From Octopus bimaculoides (lineage: Eukaryota): a stretch of DNA of 64,000 nt. The DNA lies in assembly GCF_001194135.2 (NCBI RefSeq), contig NC_068993.1, forward strand, positions 19,177,541 through 19,241,540, read 5' to 3'. The stretch's first letter is position 1, and each line of letters opens with the position of its first letter. The translations under genes and the position numbers were made by a program. The notes below the pieces were generated by a model. The model did no database searches. It was not told where the DNA came from and saw only the letters and a list, made by a program, of their open reading frames with translations. Of the stretch, positions 53,588 to 64,000 are shown piece by piece.

Positions 53588-54476
53588 CGGGGTCTGATCA
53601 ATAAGTATCCAGACTGTTACCATAGTAACGACGCTAAAGCACGCAGAGTAAAACCACTTGGCACAGATTGACCTTCAAATCTGTTGCGCACGCGCACTAA
53701 GTTTTAACGTTCTAGGTCATTTCCGCTGTTTACAGCAGTGGTTGGAAGGAAGGTGTGTAACGTGTGATCGTCGCATTGACCGTGACAAAAAATGTCGAGC
53801 GGACAATCTGCATCAAATTTTGTCAGAAACTTGGGATACCTGCTCAGAGGCCTACGCAAAGTTTTCAAAGTGTTTTCATCGTTCTCGACACAATCAAGGA
53901 GATCTTGTGCAATTGAAACTCGAGTGTCTTTTTGATCAGCTAAAAGCAGTTTTGGCACAAACTTGGCAGACACGCGTCTCATACTCAAATCTGCAGTGAT
54001 AATGTGCTGAATTGAACCGTTGCTAATCTGCACATCCTCTGATAAGTCACCGATGGTGATTCGACGATTTCCCCTTACAGCTTCACGCACATCTGCGATG
54101 TTTTTCTCAGTTCTACTGGTTTCGAATCTCCCAGAACGTTCGTTAATATCGACATTTTTCGGCCATCTTAGAAACGTCTGGACCACTCCTACACTTGTGC
54201 GTGGCTTATACACTCCTCTCCATACACTTTCTGCAAATTTGCTTAGGCCTCTGAGCAGGTATCACCATGACAACATTCTCTGTCATGGTCTCAGAATCAC
54301 ACGCTACACAAGTTCCTTCTAATCACTGCTGTGAACAATGGAAGCGAGCTAGAACATTAAAACTTAGTGCGCATGCACAGCAGAATTCAAAGTCAATCTT
54401 TGTCAGGCGGCTTTACTCCGTGTGCTTCAGCTTCATTACTATGGAAACAGCCCGGATGCTTATTGATCAGACCTCG
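53588..54476. mobile_element. Mariner-derived rearranged element made of two inverted 5' ends, TA target duplication
   Basis: TA|CGGGGTCTGATCAATAAGTATCC at the left end and GGATGCTTATTGATCAGACCTCG|TA at the right end; both arms carry the same 5' UTR and transposase N-terminus. Confidence 0.93.
53875..54260 (-). pseudogene. Mariner transposase N-terminal DNA-binding fragment
   Basis: ERSGRFETSRTEKNI..VR....NRRITI..LSEDV.IS.GSIQHII..DLSMRRVSAKFVPKLL (WVPHEL-like linker); the catalytic domain is absent. Confidence 0.9.
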
Positions 54477-54776
54477 TATATGTGTGTGTGTGTATGTGTG
54501 TGTATGTGCGTGTGTGCGTATATCATTATTAACTCCCCTTCACTCAGCCTTTTTCTTCCGGTCACTTCATGTTAAACCGTTAATCCTAACGCATTTTTTC
54601 TCTCTCCATTTTTTAGCTCTCTTTTCATTATGTTCTCTATCATCCCTTTCAGTCAAAGAGTGTAGGCTGGAAATATCGAAGAATTTTCCGTTCTTCTAGA
54701 CCCTCAAGCTAATACACTTGCACACGTTATTCCCCCACCTGTCTTCGTCTTTTATTTTCTGTAAACTGCTGTCTCT

Positions 54777-54883
54777 GCTGTAAGATGCAATGCACTCTTA
54801 TTAGAGTGCTTGTGTATCATCCTATAGCTTCATCGTAGATTCAAAACTGAAGAGCAATTCATTGAAAAGCAGTCATACTTATG

Positions 54884-54917
<34 letters not shown>

Positions 54918-55147
54918 CTGAGAAAAAAAATATTATGATCGAAAAAGCATAAATACGTACATAGACTATTACATATGTGTGTGGGTGGATATTTAAGCTT
55001 TTGACGATGGTAAGGCTTTTCTGAGTATATATATATAAAATGTAAATGCATCTCCAGATAAAATTGCACTTCATTTTTGAATCTATGATGAAGTTATGGG
55101 ATGATACACAAGCACTCTAATATGATTACACATTGCATCTTATAGCA
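54777..55147. mobile_element. MITE/foldback-like element with about 83-bp terminal inverted repeats
   Basis: 54777-54859 versus 55062-55146: 9 mismatches plus a 2-nt indel by manual alignment, including a perfect 24-nt stretch. Confidence 0.8.
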
Positions 55148-55265
55148 ACACAGTTGTAAGCTGATGAAGCTCGTGACAATTTCTTATTCTCTTGTCATTT
55201 TAATTATACATACATACATAAATGCATACATATACACACATACACGACAACTTAATGAGGCGGTC

Positions 55266-55322
<57 letters not shown>

Positions 55323-55489
55323 AATTTAGTTAGGTGTTAAATACTACCTAAGGGATATTAATTTACACCTTTAATTTACTAGATGTGTCATTTGTTTGTA
55401 TAAAATAGTAAAATAGAATAGAATTTATAATTTAATGATTAAATTATTTAATTGCTGAATTCATTGTTTTGGTTTCCATTTCTAAACTA

Positions 55490-55528
<39 letters not shown>

Positions 55529-55546
55529 ACACACGCACACACACAC

Positions 55547-56723
55547 ACACATGACCAAAATAAATAGCCACCCTTATATCATTAAAATTTATTTAAATCT
55601 GAAATTATACATTCAAGTTATACATTAATTGTTATAACGTGAATATCTAATGTTTAGTAGACATGCCCTTTGCATTTTTCAGTGCGAGGACCGTATTAGG
55701 CATGCAACTGATCAGATGACGAATATTCTCTATGCGGAATTTCTTGCGAAGTTACATGCAATTATCTCAAAAGACTGGCTTTGAAGATGCTTTTCTTTTC
55801 ATTTTATAACGTTTCCTGTCCGTTATGCTCCTAGAGGTGTTCAATAGGATTAATATCTGGTGAATGGTTTTGCCATGGAAGCATTTTTAATGCCATTCTC
55901 ATCCAACAAATCTTCCATAAATAAAGAGTCATCTTTAATCCTTTCACCACAGGAAAAGATTGGAAGGAGTCCTTTTTGCAATATGGACATATATTTATCT
56001 GAGTTTATGTTTCCCTCACACTCCACCACATCTGACCAACCATTGCCCCAAATTGCTCCCCAGACCATTAGAGAATAACTGCAATCTTTTCACATCAAAT
56101 TCTTGATCACAGAGTCTCCAGACCCATAGGGCATACAGCAAATCTGGACTCATCAGAGAATATGACAGTCCCAAAATGCTCGTGGATTTTGTACCATCTC
56201 ACTGGCCCAATCTTTTCTCCGCTTGATGTTGGCTCGTCGAAGAAGTGGCTTCCTTCTTGCTGCCCTGCCATAGCAGCCATGTTTGTGGGGATACCTGACA
56301 TCTGTTCTAGGACTGACATCAACTTGTTCTGCTATGTCAGAGGCCTTGCAACAGGGATTATCTCCCACACTTCTCTTAGCAAAGAGAAGGGTCCATTCAA
56401 AGGGCCCTGGTTGATCTGGATGAGGTGATGTGACTTCTTCCCCCTCTCTGATAAATTACACAATTACTCTATTAGCTGTAGAAAGCGGAATCCCAAGGTT
56501 TTCTTCGATTTTACGCTGACTATGTACACCTTCAGAGTGACTCATTAAACGGTCTCTTTGAAATTTAGACAGTTCCAAGGTTTCTTTTGTACATGGCATG
56601 ATTAAACAGTTACATATAGAACCTGAAACATGAAAAGGTCAATTAATAATAAATATAAACCTTTACAAGTTAGAATAATAATAAAACGATGTTTTATGTG
56701 TTGCCTATTTACTTCTGTGTGTA
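55547..56723 (-). mobile_element. Full-length decayed Tc1-like transposon
   Basis: From ATG at 56599: MPCTKETLELSKFQR...ARRKPLL...RRKDWA...SDESRF...MVWGAIW...INSDKY..IL...SPDINPIE; degenerate TIRs (TAAATAG.CA) near 55551-55575 and 56700-56721. Confidence 0.9.
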
Positions 56724-56730
56724 CACACAT

Positions 56731-56774
<44 letters not shown>

Positions 56775-58049
56775 GTGCACGCGCGTGCGTGTGTGTGTAT
56801 AGTTAAATATACTTGGACAGATATGTCTATAAAATTTGATTGAACGCTACTCTTACGCATATACCCACATTTGTATAAAATAGCTGCAGATGTATGGATA
56901 TCGCTCAATCAAATTTAAGAGAAGAATTTTGATTAACCAAGCGGTTGTACCTTACTTATGCTTAATACTTAACAACCTATCCCCACCATTTATAGCTTTC
57001 TGTATTTTATCCCAAACTCCTGAAGTAAATAGTTGTTATGATATCCACCAACATATTTTAGTTGGAACTCATACGGTATAAATGTTTTTAAAAAAACACT
57101 CGACTAAATACACGTGTTATTTACATTATTCTACAAGATTTTATCCTTGTATACTCAGGTGTGTTGTAAACATAGTTTCTCACCTATTTATGAGGATCCT
57201 ATAAACTATAATCTCCGAGTTCACCTGATATACATACTTCTTAATTCGTATTTATGTCTCGTTACGTTTATCGGTGAACACATGACAGAGAAATGTCAGA
57301 GAGCGAAAAAACAAACCAAAAAGATGCGAAAAAGTTAAACAATAGACTGTTAAATGGAAAGAAGGAATATATATATATATATATTATAATATATAGTATA
57401 ATGGTTGTTCTGAAGATGGAAGAAAAAGAAAAAGAGCAAAAATATAATCTATTTCCTTTGTTTCAATGCAACTATAAAAGAACATCTATAATACGCGATA
57501 TTGTCAATTTTATAAACATCAATTATAGAGCTTCTAATGTAAATGCCAAATTCAGACCAGTGGGGTTTTCAGCTTAGTAACTCACTTAAATAGCTTAACC
57601 GGATGCAAGTTTGAAGATAACATGCTAAGCGTAAATTCATTAATAGGTTTATCTATAATAGCAACAAAGAAAAATGACGACTAAATAAACATGTAGATAA
57701 ACGAAATGCTAAATAGCTAGTAATTGATGTTTTATCAATTAAGTTAGCCGGATAATAATATTAATAACAAAACTGCTTGAAGTTGTTTTCTTTACTAGAA
57801 AAAAAGAAGCTTACAAACAATGATGTCTAAATACAGCATCGTGCAGATGATTTATTGGGTTCAGCACATCCTTTTCCTCAGAATTTAGATTTAAGTAGTA
57901 ATAACAGTTTATATCCTCAGCTGAAACGCATTTTTATTTGTAGAATCTGCCACAGGTTGTGTACGATATATAAACAGTGTGGTCGTATATGTGTGGAGGG
58001 ACGCCTCTCTCCTCTCTCTTTCTTTCTCTCTCTCTCTCTCTCTCTCTTT

Positions 58050-58085
<36 letters not shown>

Positions 58086-58087
<2 letters not shown>

Positions 58088-58583
58088 AGCGCAAGAGTTA
58101 CTATGTGGTAAGAAGCGTTCTTCCCAATTACATGGTTGCGGGTTCAGTCCCACTGCGTGGCACCTTGTGAAAATATCTTCTATTATAGCCTCGGGCCGAC
58201 GAAAGCGTTGTGAGTAGACTTGTTAGGNNNNNNNNNNNNNNNNNNNNNNNNNNNNNNNNNNNNNNNNNNNNNNNNNNNNNNNNNNNNNNNNNNNNNNNNN
58301 NNNNNNNNNNNNNNNNNNNNNNNNNNNNNNNNNNNNNNNNNNNNNNNNNNNNNNNNNNNNNNNNNNNNNNNNNNNNNNNNNNTGTGTGTCTGTGTTTCCG
58401 CACCCCACCTTCGCTTCACAACCGACGTTGGTGTGTTTACGTTCCCGTAACTTAGCGGTTCGGCAGAATAGACCGATAGAATAAGTACTAGGCTTACAAA
58501 GAATAAGTTCTGGGGTCGAATTGTTCGACTACAGACGGTGCTCCAGCAAGGCCGCAGTCAAATGATTGAAGCAAAAGAATAAA
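58086..58583 (+). mobile_element. SINE family A, full length, with an N gap at its internal microsatellite
   Basis: The head precedes the gap and the 3' module follows it; preceded by (TA)n. Confidence 0.92.
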
Positions 58584-60579
58584 TATATATATCGAACCCT
58601 GGCTATTGCTCTAGGAGTCGGGTGCTCGCGACTAAGGATTAGCCAAACTGCCCGCAATTGAGTCAGTCTCACGATCCCGTTGTCTGGTAGAGGACAGTAA
58701 GCATTTGCTAACCCTGCTAGCAGTAAATATTGTATATAAAGGCTGCAATGCGTCGCACCGATAACTAGCTGGCGGACGATCTGCCTGGGGTTAAACTAGT
58801 AGTGCAACGGAACAGACACTCTGATGTTGGTATATGTATGTGTCTTGAAGTATAGTTGCATCAATTGACATTAATATTCTAAATTAAAATATTATCATGG
58901 TCCTTTCGGGATCAATACCATCATTATCAGGAGTCGATTCAATCAAATGTTCGCTTCCTTGAACTAAATACCTTCGTGCCTATCAATTACAAATATGGAA
59001 AAAATCTCTTTGTGCTCTACGTCAAGGGAGTTTGGATACGATTGTATGTCAAGGGGAACGGACCGATTTGACACCTGAAGTTTGGTCCTTCGTTTGCGTG
59101 AGAAAATATCTTTTTCTATTAAAAATTGCAATTCTCTCTGAAATGCAAGACCAACTCAGAAATGTGAGTTATCTTTTATCCAAACAACAAATTCTTGGAC
59201 AGCCTTATCGATTTGTGGAAATGTCAGAAGTGGAAGAAATCCCTTAAAGAAGTAATATTCCTTTAGTCATAGCTATAAATCATACAGTGGTCGAGACGAT
59301 AAAATATGTAACAGCTTGAAACATACTTAAACTATTGACAATTCATTGAAACAGTAGCCTATCAGAGAATTTTTAATCCGTGAGAAAATTAGGCATCAAT
59401 ATTTCAAATAAAACAAAGAAAGGTGTATTTATGAAAAAGCTCCAGAACACATTTCTTGACTTCCTAATTTTGCTTTATAGATCATAAGTGTGAATTTATG
59501 AACTTTACCCATCTATGTACCAGTTATATAAAACGGTCAACTTAATAGATGTTCTTGTATCTGCTACTAAAATTCAATTTGCGAATAGGATTTATGCATT
59601 CAATTCATCATCATGTATATATACATACATACATACATACATACATACGTACATACAGACATATATGTATATATGCATATATATATACATATATATATAT
59701 ATANNNNNNNNNNNNNNNNNNNNNNNNNNNNNNNNNNNNNNNNNNNNNNNNNNNNNNNNNNNNNNNNNNNNNNNNNNNNNNNNNNNNNNNNNNNNNNNNN
59801 NNNNNNNNNNNNNNNNNNNNNNNNNNNNNNNNNNNNNNNNNNNNNNNNNNNNNNNNNNNNNNNNNNNNNNNNNNNNNNNNNNNNNNNNNNNNNNNNNNNN
59901 NNNNNNNNNNNNNNNNNNNNNNNNNNNNNNNNNNNNNNNNNNNNNNNNNNNNNNNNNNNNNNNNNNNNNNNNNNNNNNNNNNNNNNNNNNNNNNNNNNNN
60001 NNNNNNNNNNNNNNNNNNNNNNNNNNNNNNNNNNNNNNNNNNNNNNNNNNNNNNNNNNNNNNNNNNNNNNNNNNNNNNNNNNNNNNNNNNNNNNNNNNNN
60101 NNNNNNNNNNNNNNNNNNNNNNNNNNNNNNNNNNNNNNNNNNNNNNNNNNNNNNNNNNNNNNNNNNNNNNNNNNNNNNNNNNNNNNNNNNNNNNNNNNNN
60201 NNNNNNNNNNNNNNNNNNNNNNNNNNNNNNNNNNNNNNNNNNNNNNNNNNNNNNNNNNNNNNNNNNNNNNNNNNNNNNNNNNNNNNNNNNNNNNNNNNNN
60301 NNNNNNNNNNNNNNNNNNNNNNNNNNNNNNNNNNNNNNNNNNNNNNNNNNNNNNNNNNNNNNNNNNNNNNNNNNNNNNNNNNNNNNNNNNNNNNNNNNNN
60401 NNNNNNNNNNNNNNNNNNNNNNNNNNNNNNNNNNNNNNNNNNNNNNNNNNNNNNNNNNNNNNNNNNNNNNNNNNNNNNNNNNNNNNNNNNNNNNNNNNNN
60501 NNNNNNNNNNNNNNNNNNNNNNNNNNNNNNNNNNNNNNNNNNNNNNNNNNNNNNNNNNNNNNNNNNNNNNNNNNNNNNN

Positions 60580-60681
60580 ACTAGGTTTACAAAGAATAAG
60601 TCCTGGGGTCGATTTGCTCGACTAAAGGCGGTGCTCCAGCTTGGCCGCAGTCAAATGACTGAAACAAGTAAAAGAGTAAAA
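60580..60681 (+). mobile_element. SINE family A, 3' end
   Basis: GAATAAGTCCTGGGGTCGATTTGCTCGACTAAAGGCGGTGCTCCAGC...GAAACAAGTAAAAGAGTAAAAG. Confidence 0.9.
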
Positions 60682-61132
60682 GCGTATATGTTTCTTACAA
60701 GTGGGGGGAGTGTTTACATATAGTAAGAGATGCATGGTTTTGGAGGGTTTTAACTTCTCTTTCAAGCAAACAGGTACTTATCGTGCCCTGACGTTTTATT
60801 AGTATATATTTTGCGTAGTTGAATAATGTTTGCTGGCCGCTTTATCATTACTTTTATGGATAATGTTAAATTTGAATATATGTGCTTGGATATACACGTA
60901 TTTGTGTATTGATATATACTTATACATGCGCACGCGCACGCTCGCAAACACACATCATCGTCATCATCCGCACCATCATCATTATCATGAAACAGACCAT
61001 TGATTATACTCCGATCAACATAGCTTTATTTAGATTAATATTGATTCTCATTATATTTGAGATGGCAGAATCGGGAGAGTAACAACCTTTTTGGTACTGT
61101 TTCGTCCTCCTCCTCCCCATCATCAACGTCAT

Positions 61133-61206
<74 letters not shown>

Positions 61207-61399
61207 TCTCAGTATCCTCTGCTATTATCAGGTTGAATAATATCAATGAACATTATGTTTGTGTGCGCGAGTGTGCATGTGAGTAAGTGAGTGTGCGCGC
61301 GCGCGTATCTGTGTGTGTCAGGGCTAACATTATGCATAACTATACTATAAATCTGGCCAATTTTTGATATCATCTATTACCGTAATTCTTAATTTCGAT

Positions 61400-62280
61400 C
61401 TTACTCTATTTATTTCGCCTTCTATTGATATTTAAAATATCTTTCCTAATTAAATGTCCAAAATACTTTAGTTTTCTCTCTTTAATGCCAATTTTTTCTA
61501 TTTCCTCATTGGTTTTGAGTTCTTTCATAATATTCTCAAAAACGACCATTTGCCTACATCTCAATAGGCTTCTAATTCATTTGACGGTAGTATCGCTGAT
61601 GGCCATTTTCTCACTCCCTATTGTAGACTTAACCATAATAACATCTTAATTGCCTTTCTTTCCAGTTGTATTAACTAGATACGTCTACGATGGATTTATA
61701 AGTCAAATAGTTCGTATTTAGCTTTTATGATTTATTAACCATCAATAAATTCAATAATGGAGTATTATATGGATTTCAGCTTCAATGTACTCACGCCATT
61801 GCCCTTATTCTATCATTTTATTTCAGACAGTGTTTGTGTTTAAAAAATGAAATTTAAGGAATAATATTTTTCATAATGAGAATTGAAAGTAATGTTCTTC
61901 AATATATTTATGCAAATTTGAATGCCATCCAAGTTCTTATCCGTATCATTTTGATACGATTTCTTCCTGAACATCAATGACATTTCAGCTCTATTCATTT
62001 AAAATTATTTTCTACCTTTCAAGAATTAGGTAGTGCGATATGCACTTAACTCTTAGTCCTTTATGCTGTAGGCACCCCTGGGGAAATTTCCTGTGTACTC
62101 CGTACTCATTGAACATTATCATGCTCAAAAGTAGCAGCTCTGCACCGTGTGGTTTTAAAAATAATATTCATGAACTGAAGATTATAAAACTTCAATTGAT
62201 TTTATGTTGTGAACACAAATCAAAGAGGAGATTTATAGGTACATTGCACCCATTCTACTATTATTGGTTAATGTAGATAA
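61400..62280 (-). mobile_element. Decayed RTE-type LINE (RT and C-terminal part)
   Basis: The reverse strand gives KERKLKYFGHLIRKD at 61439-61483 and a PQGC motif near 62070-62085. Confidence 0.6.
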
Positions 62281-62294
62281 TCTTTCTTGGCGAC

Positions 62295-62437
62295 TGGTAG
62301 CTTGCTTACCAACCACATGGTTCCAGGTTCAGTCCCACTGCGTGGCACCTTGGCCAAGTGTCTTCTACTGTAGCCTCGGGCCGACCAAAGCCTTGTGAGT
62401 GCATTTGGTAGACGGAAATTGAAAGAAGCCCGTCGTA
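62295..62437 (+). mobile_element. SINE family A, 5' module followed by (TA)n
   Basis: GTAGCTTGCTTACCAACCACATGGTTCCAGGTTCAGTCCCACTGCGTGGCACCTTGG...GAAAGAAGCCCGTCG. Confidence 0.92.
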
Positions 62438-62584
62438 TATATGTATATGTATATATATATATAAGAAAGTATTCTAGTTCGCTTGAAGCATTGTGTATTG
62501 TTTGTAAAGAATAAAAAGTTTAGAAAGGTATAACAATGCACTATAGAACAAAAAATGGACTATGCACCTGTTGTAACTTGGTTA

Positions 62585-62635
62585 TCTATAGTCCGATGAT
62601 ATTTCGGAATTAGAATTCCTTCATCAGATCTTATT
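62585..62635 (-). ncRNA. Candidate minimal hammerhead ribozyme motif (Penelope-type)
   Basis: The reverse strand reads CTGATGA-A-GGAA-TTCTAA-TTCC-GAAA-T-ATC-A-TC. Core boxes and stem II are intact; stem I pairing is not evident and the 5' flank is cut by the gap. Confidence 0.5.
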
Positions 62636-63474
62636 NNNNNNNNNNNNNNNNNNNNNNNNNNNNNNNNNNNNNNNNNNNNNNNNNNNNNNNNNNNNNNNNN
62701 NNNNNNNNNNNNNNNNNNNNNNNNNNNNNNNNNNNNNNNNNNNNNNNNNNNNNNNNNNNNNNNNNNNNNNNNNNNNNNNNNNNNNNNNNNNNNNNNNNNN
62801 NNNNNNNNNNNNNNNNNNNNNNNNNNNNNNNNNNNNNNNNNNNNNNNNNNNNNNNNNNNNNNNNNNNNNNNNNNNNNNNNNNNNNNNNNNNNNNNNNNNN
62901 NNNNNNNNNNNNNNNNNNNNNNNNNNNNNNNNNNNNNNNNNNNNNNNNNNNNNNNNNNNNNNNNNNNNNNNNNNNNNNNNNNNNNNNNNNNNNNNNNNNN
63001 NNNNNNNNNNNNNNNNNNNNNNNNNNNNNNNNNNNNNNNNNNNNNNNNNNNNNNNNNNNNNNNNNNNNNNNNNNNNNNNNNNNNNNNNNNNNNNNNNNNN
63101 NNNNNNNNNNNNNNNNNNNNNNNNNNNNNNNNNNNNNNNNNNNNNNNNNNNNNNNNNNNNNNNNNNNNNNNNNNNNNNNNNNNNNNNNNNNNNNNNNNNN
63201 NNNNNNNNNNNNNNNNNNNNNNNNNNNNNNNNNNNNNNNNNNNNNNNNNNNNNNNNNNNNNNNNNNNNNNNNNNNNNNNNNNNNNNNNNNNNNNNNNNNN
63301 NNNNNNNNNNNNNNNNNNNNNNNNNNNNNNNNNNNNNNNNNNNNNNNNNNNNNNNNNNNNNNNNNNNNNNNNNNNNNNNNNNNNNNNNNNNNNNNNNNNN
63401 NNNNNNNNNNNNNNNNNNNNNNNNNNNNNNNNNNNNNNNNNNNNNNNNNNNNNNNNNNNNNNNNNNNNNNNNNN

Positions 63475-63998
63475 AGACTGGATCCCATGGGGCGACCTGT
63501 TGCCTGTTTGTATATATGGTCCTGGAAAGCGAAGTATGTGTTGTCCACGATCATGGACAAAAGTTGGTGTATATCAGCTGTGATATGTGCGAAGCATTGG
63601 ATGTTGGACGTTATTATGCAGTCAGTCAATAGGTTGACCACTGAGTGTGCTGGAACCGTTGTGTACATTGAGACAACGTGAAGACTAAAGGCGTATCTGT
63701 TTTGCCTGAGTTGGTCTGAGGGTAATTGGTGCAGTCTTTTGATGACTTCGTCGAAGTTCTTGACGTGTCCCGGAAAGGTGGAGAGTATGGGTTTCAGGAT
63801 GTGAGAAAGTAACCAGGATATTTTATATAGAGGTCCTTCTACGCTGGAGGCGATGGGTCTAATCTGGATCGTGTTGCTATTCTTGTGTGTTTTAATGAGG
63901 TGATAACATCTAGGTAATCTACTGTTCTTTGTGATGAAGTTGTTCTTGAATTTATTATGTATTTGTCTCCGTCTACAGATGTCCGTCCATGCGGTATT
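63475..63998 (-). mobile_element. Penelope-like element reverse transcriptase, open for 174 codons between the window end and the gap
   Basis: LPRCYHLIKTHK...IRPIASSVEGPLYKISWLLSHILKP...FSLHVVSMYTTVP...YKQATGRPMGS matches PLE RT motifs; the motif-A Asp reads His (63678-63680). Confidence 0.92.
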
Positions 63999-64000
63999 AA

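Noticed and set aside
53658-54322. + strand ORFs 53658..53999 and 54020..54322
   Set aside because: They are shadow or antisense frames of the inverted mariner arms.
54630-54765. Possible third Penelope-type hammerhead remnant (AAAGAG-TGTAGG-CTG-GAAAT)
   Set aside because: The core is too degenerate (no CTGANGA) to support a call.
59032-59247. 71-aa ORF with an internal AAT|GTGAGT donor-like site
   Set aside because: No convincing acceptor or recognisable protein motif.
728-60723. Many long ORFs rich in X or in dipeptide/homopolymer runs (YIYI, HTHT, CVCV, III, NNN)
   Set aside because: They are translations of N gaps and microsatellites, not genes.

Overview
AT-rich, repeat-saturated eukaryotic DNA from a gappy short-read assembly. 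There are many N-runs, most of them next to microsatellites. The tRNA-derived SINE families and the microsatellite load suggest a coleoid cephalopod, probably Octopus; this is inferred from recognised repeat families, not from a database search. I cannot support any intact host protein-coding gene, rRNA, tRNA gene or CRISPR array, and the window looks intronic or intergenic. Nearly all long ORFs in the track are microsatellite or N-gap artefacts. The real coding signal comes from transposon fossils: two R4/Dong-type RLE non-LTR retrotransposon fragments, three RTE-type LINE remnants, a Penelope-like RT with a hammerhead-like motif at its probable 3' end, a full-length decayed Tc1, and a mariner rearranged into a unit with two 5' ends. 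There are also more than 20 SINE copies from at least three families. The most interesting themes are: (1) the quasi-palindromic mariner with a readable template-switch junction; (2) Penelope-associated hammerhead ribozyme motifs; (3) LINEs and SINEs that sit inside the microsatellite type matching their tails; (4) modular SINEs with swapped tails and a shared internal domain.
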